Shown piece by piece: positions 20,315 to 28,422 of a stretch of 64,000 nucleotides of DNA. Below the pieces are notes generated by a model. That model was given only the letters and a program-made list of their open reading frames with translations. It searched no databases and was not told the DNA's origin. Each line of letters opens with the position of its first letter. Position 1 is the stretch's first letter. The stretch covers positions 2,616 through 66,615 of the forward strand of contig JBAZWY010000029.1 in NCBI GenBank assembly GCA_041660125.1. Reading direction: 5' to 3'. Source of the DNA: Lentimicrobiaceae bacterium (GTDB lineage Bacteria > Bacteroidota > Bacteroidia > Bacteroidales > UBA4417). Position numbers and translations under genes: made by a program.

Positions 20315-20947
20315 TTAAACAGAACCAAGTACAATAACCTGGTTTCGGCTTGTACGAATTTTATTTTCGAGTTCGAGTTTTTTCAGTAAGCGGCTGATCA
20401 CTTCGCGGGCTGTTCCCAATTCGGTGGCAATTTGGTGATGTGTGATGTTTATTTGCTTTTTTCCCGATAGCAAAGTTTTCTCTTTCAGATAGTTATATAG
20501 GCGCTCATCGAGTCGGTTAAAAATCAGTTGATCTATTGTCTCGATCAGGTCGAGGTACCTTTTATTAAACATTTCATACATGTAGAAATTGAATGATGAG
20601 TAAAGTGCGATCCATTCGCGCAACTTAACGGACGGGATAAGCAGGACTTTGGTTTCTTCCAGCGTAGCTGCTTCGATCAGGCTGGCCGAGTTGCTGCAGC
20701 ATGCCGAAAACGACATAATACACATTTCGCCGGGATGAATATAGTAAAGCAGCAATTCCTTGTCCTTGTCGTTGCGGCTTACCCGGATCAAACCTTTTAC
20801 TACTAATGGCACCGATTGTACATAATTGCCGGTTTTAAGCAAGGTGGTTTCAGCCGGAACATCCATTTCAACTGCTTCTTTAGCAATAAATTGCAGAAGT
20901 TCGGTATCAACCTGCGGAATTAGTTTTTTGAGGGTAGTTATATCCAT
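20315..20947 (-). CDS. Crp/Fnr family transcriptional regulator
   Basis: cNMP-binding beta-barrel region plus C-terminal HTH ATELGTAREVISRLLKKLE. Confidence 0.8.
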   Translation of the reverse strand: MDITTLKKLIPQVDTELLQFIAKEAVEMDVPAETTLLKTGNYVQSVPLVVKGLIRVSRNDKDKELLLYYIHPGEMCIMSFSACCSNSASLIEAATLEETKVLLIPSVKLREWIALYSSFNFYMYEMFNKRYLDLIETIDQLIFNRLDERLYNYLKEKTLLSGKKQINITHHQIATELGTAREVISRLLKKLELENKIRTSRNQVIVLGSV

Positions 20948-21228
20948 AGTCGCAATCAGGAAATTATAAGTGAATGAAGCCAGTATGTATGAAGTGGTAA
21001 AACTATATCAAGTTATCCTTTGCTACATTATCTGATTTATGCGATAAATATACGAAATCTCATTAATAAATAAGTATTCAAGCTGCCTGTTCACTTTGCA
21101 ACGATCATTTTGTAAATAAGGATTACCTTCATCTAATCAACAGTGCTGTTCTTCAAACCTTCTATTGATTAATTCGGGTTTATTTACACTTACTTTCTTA
21201 TAACTACTGGTTTTATCAATGCTTTATT

Positions 21229-21236
21229 TACTTTTG
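21229..21236 (+). promoter_or_regulatory. Bacteroidota -7 promoter box upstream of mntP
   Basis: TACTTTTG, 21 nt upstream of the ATG at 21257. Confidence 0.4.
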
Positions 21237-21256
21237 CAACACTTTTTTCAAACTCT

Positions 21257-21817
21257 ATGGAGCTACTCACTATCCTTCTGATTGCCATCGGGTTGTCGTT
21301 CGACACTTTCGCTGTTTCTGTTTCCAGTGGATTGATATTAAGGAAGATAGATTTTTTAAAAGCTACCAGGATAGCAATTACTTTAGCAGTTTTCCAGGCT
21401 GCGATGCCGTTGATAGGCTGGTTTGCAGGTTCCGAAATTAAAAAATATGCCGAGAGTTACGATCACTGGATTGCATTCGGGATTCTGGCATTATTAGGAG
21501 GAAAAATGATTATCGATAGTTTTAAAACTGATCCCGAAAACCGCTCAGTTAATCCATTGGAATTAAAGGTGATGATAGGTATGGCGATAGCAACCAGCAT
21601 CGATGCCCTGATTGTAGGATTTAGTTTTGGATTGCTTGATTTCAAAATATTGATCTCAATTGGCATAATAGGAGCCGTAACCTATATAGTTGCCATGCTT
21701 GGAATGCTTTTCGGGAAAAAGATCGGCGCACGTATGGGCCGCCGCATGGAAATACTCGGGGGAGTGATGCTTATTTTAATAGGTTTGAAAATACTGATTG
21801 AACACTTGTCAGCCTAA
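21257..21817 (+). CDS. mntP: Manganese efflux pump MntP
   Basis: 186 aa with 6 TM segments. Contains LSFDTFAVSVSSG and a second-half repeat SIDALIVGFSFG typical of MntP/DUF204. Confidence 0.8.
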   Translation: MELLTILLIAIGLSFDTFAVSVSSGLILRKIDFLKATRIAITLAVFQAAMPLIGWFAGSEIKKYAESYDHWIAFGILALLGGKMIIDSFKTDPENRSVNPLELKVMIGMAIATSIDALIVGFSFGLLDFKILISIGIIGAVTYIVAMLGMLFGKKIGARMGRRMEILGGVMLILIGLKILIEHLSA

Positions 21818-21906
21818 GCGGCTACCTGGTGATTATATTTTTATGATAATTTACCTGGTTCAGGAAAGTAGGTAGGTATAAGGTATAAAGGAATAGGAGC
21901 CAGCAG

Positions 21907-22006
21907 CCAGCAACGAGAAACCAGCAACGAGAAACCAGCAACGAGAAACCAGCAACGAGAAACCAGTAACGAGAAACCAGCAACGAGAAACCAGTAACCA
22001 GTAACC
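21907..22006. repeat. 14-bp tandem repeat (ccagcaacgagaaa) x6, degenerating into ccagtaa units
   Basis: Direct reading. The array lies in the convergent spacer between mntP (+) and lemA (-). Confidence 0.85.
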
Positions 22007-22067
22007 TATAACCAGATACTATTTATAAGAATATTTCTGAGTTTTGAATGTTAGATACAAATCCGAA

Positions 22068-22619
22068 TCAATGAAAAAGTTCTTTGGCTTTCACATTTTC
22101 TTTTTCAATAACGGCGGCCTCAAATAAAGGTTTTGTTTTGTAATCCATCATGGTTGCCATGAGGTTGGTAGGAAACATTTCGACGGTATTGTTATAACTT
22201 GTAACAGAAATGTTATATGCCTGGCGAGCAATGGCAATCTGATCTTCAAGGTCTTTCCATGTTGACTGGAGTTGCATGAAACCCTGGTTGGTTTTCAGAT
22301 CCGGGTAATTTTCGGCTGCAACCATAATATTTCCAAGCTTTTGGGTTAGCTGGTTTTCAATGCCGATGCGCTCGTTATCACCGAATCCACCTGTCATGGC
22401 TTTGGACCGGAGTTCAGTAACATCTGTAAGCAGCCCTTTTTCAAAACCCATATATTCTTTCACGGTTTCAACCAGGTTTGGGATCAGGTCAAATCTCTTT
22501 TTCAGAAGCACATCGATTAATCCGAATGATTTCATTACATCATTCTTCCGTGCAATTAATGCGTTGTACATCCACATGAATGCAGCGATTATAACGAGAA
22601 CTATTATTAAAGTCATCAT
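22068..22619 (-). CDS. lemA: LemA family protein
   Basis: N-terminal TM helix, then YNALIARKNDVMKSFGLIDVLLKKRFDLIPNLVETVK, the LemA signature. Confidence 0.85.
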   Translation of the reverse strand: MMTLIIVLVIIAAFMWMYNALIARKNDVMKSFGLIDVLLKKRFDLIPNLVETVKEYMGFEKGLLTDVTELRSKAMTGGFGDNERIGIENQLTQKLGNIMVAAENYPDLKTNQGFMQLQSTWKDLEDQIAIARQAYNISVTSYNNTVEMFPTNLMATMMDYKTKPLFEAAVIEKENVKAKELFH

Positions 22620-22671
22620 AGTGGCAGAAGGAGTTAATTGTTAATGGTTTGACTAAAGATATAGAGCAAAG

Positions 22672-23313
22672 TTAATGACAATTTTCACCACAACTGCACG
22701 AAAGCTGATTTTTCTTTGCTTTCTCAAGGCTCTCGCGGCCTTCGCTGAATGCATACCATGCAATACCCAGCGAACCGGCAACATCAATATAATTTATTTT
22801 TACAAATTCATACAACAAACTTGAAATGAGCAGGATGAAACTAAGGTAAAGACAAGTCTTCGTACAATGAGCGTCTGCAATTATTGCTTCTGAGTTTAGC
22901 GCTTTGCCCGTCTTCAGTTTATACTTCATCAGGAAATACATAGTTATAATAGATATGGAAGCTATAATAATACCGGCAAGCGTAGTTTCCGGCTTGGATT
23001 TATTAACCACATTAAGAATACTTCCGGCAATTAACCCTAAGGCAAGCAGAATAAATGAAACTCCAGTAATACGAAGTGCAAGTCTTTCAAATTTATCGAA
23101 ATTCTCAATTTTGCTCCGTTGCATACGCAAAACCATATGCAGAATACCGATTCCTGAAATCACTTCCACAAAACTGTCAACCCCAAAACCCAACAGAACA
23201 AGAGTATCATCGGTAGCTCCAAAGTAAACGGAAACAATTCCTTCAATAATATTATAAATAATTGTTATAACACTAAGCCATAATGCGGTAGTCAGCCATT
23301 TATCTTTGGTCAT
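22672..23313 (-). CDS. Cation-efflux (CDF)-like membrane protein, TM domain only, Cys/His-rich tail
   Basis: 6 TM segments with FGVDSFVEVISG (a CDF TM2-like DxxxE/D site) and a C-terminal CSCGENCH. Confidence 0.45.
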   Translation of the reverse strand: MTKDKWLTTALWLSVITIIYNIIEGIVSVYFGATDDTLVLLGFGVDSFVEVISGIGILHMVLRMQRSKIENFDKFERLALRITGVSFILLALGLIAGSILNVVNKSKPETTLAGIIIASISIITMYFLMKYKLKTGKALNSEAIIADAHCTKTCLYLSFILLISSLLYEFVKINYIDVAGSLGIAWYAFSEGRESLEKAKKNQLSCSCGENCH

Positions 23314-23822
23314 GATGATTTTTCAAGCAGTTGTTGATAAATCTGAAAATTTTCGGAATCGAAACAACAAAAGAACACCTTACGTATCATTTTGTTTGTT
23401 AAAATAAAAGATCGGACTTCACGGATTGCTATATCTGCAGCAAGTTTTTTCGGGAAACCATAAATTCCTGTACTGATATTGGGAAATGCAATTGAAGTAC
23501 AGTTGTTTCCAACAGCCAGTGATAAACTTTTCCGGTAACAGCTTGCCAGCAAATCGCTTTCATTATTTTCGCCTCCCTGCCATACAGGTCCGACAGTATG
23601 AATAATATAACGTGCTTTCAGTTTATATCCCATAGTAATTTTTGCGTCCCCGGTCGCGCAGCCACCTAGCGAAATGCATTCATCCAATAACTGCGGCCCG
23701 GCTGCACGGTGAATTGCTCCATCCACGCCTCCTCCGCCGAGTAATGTGCTTTTAGCAGCATTAACAATGGCATCCACATCAAGTTGTGTAATGTCGGCCT
23801 GAATAAGTTCAATAGCTGCCAT
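23310..23822 (-). CDS. Macro-domain protein (O-acetyl-ADP-ribose deacetylase, YmdB-like)
   Basis: DITQLDVDAIVNAA, GGGGVDGAIHRAAG and FPNISTGIYGFP. The stop overlaps the next gene's start (ATGA). Confidence 0.85.
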   Translation of the reverse strand: MAAIELIQADITQLDVDAIVNAAKSTLLGGGGVDGAIHRAAGPQLLDECISLGGCATGDAKITMGYKLKARYIIHTVGPVWQGGENNESDLLASCYRKSLSLAVGNNCTSIAFPNISTGIYGFPKKLAADIAIREVRSFILTNKMIRKVFFCCFDSENFQIYQQLLEKSS

Positions 23823-24107
23823 ATTTATGTGATGGACTTTTTTAGTTTCCTTACAAAAAGTTGCGCCGTTTGTATTTCACCAATGATTAGAGGAGAGAAT
23901 AACCTGGAGGAACTCGAATAAGTCATAATTGGATTATTTGGGAACAGACACAAATTTAGTAAGTATTATGCATTAACGGAAGATTTAGCTGAAATCATTC
24001 GTGTAATACATAAAAGTTGAACAAAACAGTAAATGCTTGAATATCCCTGCTTTAAGGCGACACGGGTTTTTCCCGCTAGCTCAGCGGTACTAATAAAGTT
24101 TGTATGT

Positions 24108-24449
24108 TTACTTATGTGCTTTGCGGTAAGCCCGTTTCCAGGCACGCCTGGCCCAGTAATGCCTGCGCCAGTATTTTCCCCAAAAAATACCTGACCATAT
24201 GCGTTCGTGGATATAATAGATCAGCAGTTTGACGCCAAATTCAAGAATTGCAAAAAAACCGGCATTGCCTATGCTTTCTGATAGCGAAAGGCTCTGATAT
24301 TCGTGCGAATAGATGAAAATTGCTATAAACATTGCACCCGAGGCAAAAACTCTGTAAGTAATTGTCTTTAGAATACTTCGCTGAGGACTATCACGTAAAA
24401 TTATCTTAATTTCAGGCGAATCATCAACAGGTAATTTAAATTTATTCAT
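24108..24449 (-). CDS. DUF2061-like small membrane protein
   Basis: SILKTITYRVFASGAMFI and LLIYYIHERIW patterns. Confidence 0.45.
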   Translation of the reverse strand: MNKFKLPVDDSPEIKIILRDSPQRSILKTITYRVFASGAMFIAIFIYSHEYQSLSLSESIGNAGFFAILEFGVKLLIYYIHERIWSGIFWGKYWRRHYWARRAWKRAYRKAHK

Positions 24450-24503
24450 CTATATTATTTTGGAATACAAAAATATGATTTTTTTTCAAATATGTGACCT
24501 GGT

Positions 24504-25301
24504 TTATGATTTATCAAAATGTGATTCTACAGCGTTGAGCAAGGGCTGGTGAAGCAGAGTATTTGAGGCTAAAAGTTCAGCGCCGAATATATAATTGTCA
24601 CCTCCATTAAAATCAGTTACTGTACCGCCAGCCTGTTGCACTATAAAAGCGCCGGCAGCAACATCCCAGGCATTAAGCCCATATTCATAAAACCCTTCAA
24701 ACCGTCCGCAAGCAGTATAACAAAGGTCAACTGCTGCCGAGCCTAATCTTCGTAAACCGGAAGTATTCATGGCAAACCATGTGAAAAGTTCCATATAGCC
24801 ATTCAGCTTTTCAAATTTATTGTAAGGAAACCCGGTTGCCAGTAAGGTGTTTTTTAGTTCTTCCTGATCCGAAACATGTATTTCTTTTTCATTCAGATAC
24901 GCGTTACCGCCTTTCCAGGCATAAAAACATTCATCCAGGTTAGGTTCGTAAACTACCCCGATTACTATTTTATCGTCTTCCATCAATGCGATACTTACCG
25001 AATATAAAGGTATATGATGCAGGAAGTTTGTTGTGCCGTCCAAAGGATCTACTATCCAGTTGAAACGTTCGCCACGATGGGTAGCAGTTTGTTCTTCGGT
25101 TATAAATCCGGATTCGGGAAGTATTCCGGCAAGCTTTTTAACAATGCGGGCTTCGGCGGTTTTATCCACATAGCTTACGAAATCATGCAATCCCTTTACT
25201 TCAATATCCGATATTTTTACTTTATTGATTTCTTCAAGGAAAAATTTCCCGGTTTCTTTCGCAAGGGCAATGACTTCGAGAGTTAAGGTTTTGTAGTCCA
25301 T
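24504..25301 (-). CDS. Inositol monophosphatase family protein (SuhB-like)
   Basis: WIVDPLDGTTNF, GSAAVDLCYTACGRF and WDVAAG motifs. Confidence 0.85.
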   Translation of the reverse strand: MDYKTLTLEVIALAKETGKFFLEEINKVKISDIEVKGLHDFVSYVDKTAEARIVKKLAGILPESGFITEEQTATHRGERFNWIVDPLDGTTNFLHHIPLYSVSIALMEDDKIVIGVVYEPNLDECFYAWKGGNAYLNEKEIHVSDQEELKNTLLATGFPYNKFEKLNGYMELFTWFAMNTSGLRRLGSAAVDLCYTACGRFEGFYEYGLNAWDVAAGAFIVQQAGGTVTDFNGGDNYIFGAELLASNTLLHQPLLNAVESHFDKS

Positions 25302-25344
25302 GGTTCGTGGTTTTGGAGGATTGGGTTAAGTGGGTAAATTGAGC

Positions 25345-26095
25345 GGTCATTCGGTGGTCATTCAATTGTTGAAGATTGAGTTACAGGGTTTTTTGAGATG
25401 GACGAGAAGTCATTCGGTGGTCATTCAATTGTCATTCGATTGTTGAAGAATGAGTTACAGAGTTTTTTGAGATGGACGAGAGGTCATTCAGTTGTCATTC
25501 AATTGTCATTCGATTGTTGAAGACTGAGTTCCGGAGTTTTTTGAGATGAGAGAGAGGTCATTCAGTTGTCATTCAATTGTCATTCAATTGTTGAAGAATG
25601 AGTTCCGGAGTTTTTTGAGATGAGAGAGAGGTCATTCAGTTGTCATACAATGGTCATTCAATTGTTGAAGAATGAGTTTCGGAGTTTTTTGAGATGAGAG
25701 AGAGGTCATTCAGTAGTCATTCAATTGTCATTCAATTGTTGAAGAATGAGTTCCGGAGTTTTTTAGATGAGAGAGAGGTCATTCAGTAGTCATTCAATTG
25801 TCATTCAATTGTTGAAGAATGAGTTCCGGAGTTTTTTAGATGAGAGAGAGGTCATTCAGTTGTCATACAATGGTCATTCAATTGTTGAAGAATGAGTTAC
25901 AGCGTTTTTTGAGATGGATGAGGAGTTATTCGATTGTCATTGAATGGTTATGTGGACTTGGGACTTGGGATTTGGGACTTGGGACTTGACATTTGGGGTT
26001 TGGGACTTTGGATTTTTGAAGGTCATTCGGTTGCCATTCAATTGTTGAAGAATGTGTTTTTAAAGTGTTTGAGATGGAATGAACTATCATTCAAT
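25345..26095. repeat. Non-coding tandem array of a ~74-bp unit (about 9 copies), interrupted near its 3' end by a GGGACTT array
   Basis: The unit is gtcattcagttgtcattcaattgtcattcaattgttgaagaatgagttccggagttttttgagatgagagagag. Each unit contains 2-3 'gtcattcaatt' sub-repeats. No ORF of 60 aa or more is present on either strand. Confidence 0.85.
25954..26011 (+). repeat. G-quadruplex-prone array (GGGACTT)n
   Basis: ggacttgggacttgggatttgggacttgggacttgacatttggggtttgggactttgg, with at least 6 G3+ runs separated by 4-nt loops. Confidence 0.7.
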
Positions 26096-26139
26096 GGCTT
26101 TTAAGAATAATAATTTTGGGATGGAAGATGAACCTTTTT

Positions 26140-27306
26140 CTATTCGATATTTTCAATTTTAGTTCTATATCGTTTTGAAAAGTAAATCATTACAGCAATC
26201 CCAATAAGGATCAACACTGCAGAAATGATTTCGGCCTGGGTAAGTTGCAAGCCAAGAAAATTGTGTTTAAGATTGATCCTGATCTTTTCAATGAAGAAAC
26301 GTTCAATCCCATTTAAAATCATGAATAGGCCAAAAAGAACTACCGGCGCTTTAAACCTGGTTCTCATCATCCATAAAATCCCAAACGAGATAAATGAAAT
26401 TATAGATTCGTATAATGAAGTGGGGAATACCGGGTTTTCAAGAACCATGCAGTTTGACCCCTGGCACCCGGGAATAGGTATGCCATGATTGATTACATTA
26501 TGGGGATAATATGAAGCCCAGAGCCAGTCGGGAAGCCATGCCAGCCAATGAGGTTGGGTTAACGTATTTACAATTCCCCAGCATCCGTCGCCCGAAAAAT
26601 GGCAGCCCAGCCGTCCGACAGCATAACCGATCATAATAACAGGTGCGGCGCAATCAATCACATGCTTCCAGTCAAGTTTGATGGCTTTCATATAGAGCAA
26701 CAGTGCAAAAACGGTTACAATAAAACCGCCGTAAAATGTTAGCCCGCTGAATGAAAAAAGACTGTGAACAGGATTACGTAAAAAACTGCTGAAATTATCA
26801 AAGATGTCGAAGATTTTGGAACCAATTAAGGCAAAAACAATGGCGACTAGCATTATATTCCATGTGTTCTGGTAGGGGTGAATTATTTCTTCAGTGACTT
26901 TCTCTTTTACCTTTCTTGTTAAGAACCATTTATACAGATGATACGTTAAAGAAACAGCTGCAATAATCAGCAAAGCGGCAACACTTCCTTTTCCCGATAA
27001 AATATACTGCTGTGGATTTAACGCGAAATCATGGTATTCAAAAATAATTCCAAAAAATTTCCATCCCATAATTGATGATAAAATTATTCCCAGTACGATT
27101 TCGAACCAACCGGCACCTTTACCCGAACGAACAATACGTATTCGTGAATGAAGAAAACCTTCTTTTTCTTTTCGTTTCAATTCAAGCCGTAATATAATAC
27201 CTGCAACAACAAATGCCATTGCCAGGAAAAACCCATATGTCTGTATAGGTAAATCAAGATGGCTTCCAAACAGGTAGTTAATCAGATCGGAGAATTTGGG
27301 AAACAT
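26140..27306 (-). CDS. lgt: Prolipoprotein diacylglyceryl transferase (long Bacteroidota form)
   Basis: Polytopic membrane protein with GYAVGRLGCHFSGDGCWG (Lgt GR-x-G motif region) and an Lgt-like N-terminus. Confidence 0.6.
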   Translation of the reverse strand: MFPKFSDLINYLFGSHLDLPIQTYGFFLAMAFVVAGIILRLELKRKEKEGFLHSRIRIVRSGKGAGWFEIVLGIILSSIMGWKFFGIIFEYHDFALNPQQYILSGKGSVAALLIIAAVSLTYHLYKWFLTRKVKEKVTEEIIHPYQNTWNIMLVAIVFALIGSKIFDIFDNFSSFLRNPVHSLFSFSGLTFYGGFIVTVFALLLYMKAIKLDWKHVIDCAAPVIMIGYAVGRLGCHFSGDGCWGIVNTLTQPHWLAWLPDWLWASYYPHNVINHGIPIPGCQGSNCMVLENPVFPTSLYESIISFISFGILWMMRTRFKAPVVLFGLFMILNGIERFFIEKIRINLKHNFLGLQLTQAEIISAVLILIGIAVMIYFSKRYRTKIENIE

Positions 27307-27482
27307 GAGGATTTGGGAATTGGGGTTTGGAAGTTAGTGTTTAGGGAGAGTGGGAGAAGGGAGTGAGGTTTGTGAGAAATTATAATTTATCCAACTACCC
27401 TTTATCGTTCTTCGATGAGTTGTACCTCACTTCTCCTTCAATAAGTTTATAAAAAACTTCAACTATCAATTAAAGAACTTAA

Positions 27483-27656
27483 CCTGTATTATTTGTGCAG
27501 AAGATAAAAGACAATAGTAAAAAGATAAAAGTCAGGCAGTTGCAAACCATTTTCATAATTTATTTTGTAAAGATGATTTTTATGATTGCCTTCATAATGT
27601 TTTGATCCTTTTGTCTTTATCCTTTTATCTTTTGTCTTTTTTGAAGTTTATACTAT
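27483..27656 (+). repeat. Copy B of the ~175-bp inverted-repeat intergenic element
   Basis: Near-identical to 52684..52864. It has a 5' mini-hairpin ctgtat-tattt-gtgcag, and AGATAAAAG-word arms that are reverse-complementary (agataaaag / cttttatct) around a ~75-nt core. Confidence 0.8.
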
Positions 27657-27664
27657 TACTCAAG

Positions 27665-28336
27665 TTAAACTTCCCTGAGCAGGAGTTCAAGGTTTTCGAA
27701 ACGGCGGCGATAATCGTCACCTGCCCGGCTGATAATTTCATGGGCTTCCTCAACCCCAAAAACATGTGTGATCTCAACCCGTTTTTCGTGCCCGGGCAAA
27801 TCCTTGTAGGTTAGAAAATAATGTCTCAGCCTGTCAATTACAAGTTCAGGGCAATCAGTAATATTCTTGTATTCGCCATAAACAGCATCGTTTTGCAAAA
27901 CGCAAATGATTTTATCATCCGATTCATTCCCGTCGATCATTCTAAATCCGCCAATAGGAATAGCTTTTACAAGTATATCGCCGTGGGAGATTACTTTTTC
28001 GGTAAGCACGCATACATCAATCGGGTCAGCATCGCCTTTAATATCTGTACGTCCTGATTTTTCCATGCAATATTCAGCTACTGACTTGCCGCTGTAAGTT
28101 TGAGGCAGGAATCCGTACATGGCCGGAACCACATTCGAGTATTTCTGAGGACGATCGAGTCGCAGGTACCCGCTTACTTTGTCAACCTCATATTTAACGG
28201 TATCAGTCGAAACCATTTCGATAAAGCAAGTCAGGCATTCTGGTGCTTCATCGCCCAGTTCAACGCCATGCCAGGGATGAGATTTATATCTTAAACCCAT
28301 TAATTTGCCAATGGGATCCATAATTTTATTTGACAT
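27665..28336 (-). CDS. ppa: Inorganic pyrophosphatase (family I)
   Basis: DPIDVCVLTE and GNESDDKIICV motifs. The preferred start MSNKIMDP is at comp. 28334..28336. The track ORF extends to 28414. Confidence 0.85.
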   Translation of the reverse strand: MSNKIMDPIGKLMGLRYKSHPWHGVELGDEAPECLTCFIEMVSTDTVKYEVDKVSGYLRLDRPQKYSNVVPAMYGFLPQTYSGKSVAEYCMEKSGRTDIKGDADPIDVCVLTEKVISHGDILVKAIPIGGFRMIDGNESDDKIICVLQNDAVYGEYKNITDCPELVIDRLRHYFLTYKDLPGHEKRVEITHVFGVEEAHEIISRAGDDYRRRFENLELLLREV

Positions 28337-28422
28337 TTCTGTAAAATATTTTTTGTAAAACCTGTTTGCTACAAAAGTAGCGAAATAGACCTTATCCTTT
28401 CGATTATTTATCACAATTCTGA

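Noticed and set aside
20948-21256. Expected yybP-ykoY (Mn2+) riboswitch upstream of mntP.
   Set aside because: I found no GGGGAGUAG-type conserved core or four-way junction sequence in the 300-bp leader, only a TAnnTTTG promoter box. No riboswitch is supported.
25345-26095. Possible CRISPR array (regular ~74-bp periodicity, non-coding).
   Set aside because: The whole unit is repeated with only point differences. There are no unique spacers between conserved repeats, no cas genes are nearby, and the unit itself is built from 11-bp sub-repeats. This is a tandem satellite, not a CRISPR array.
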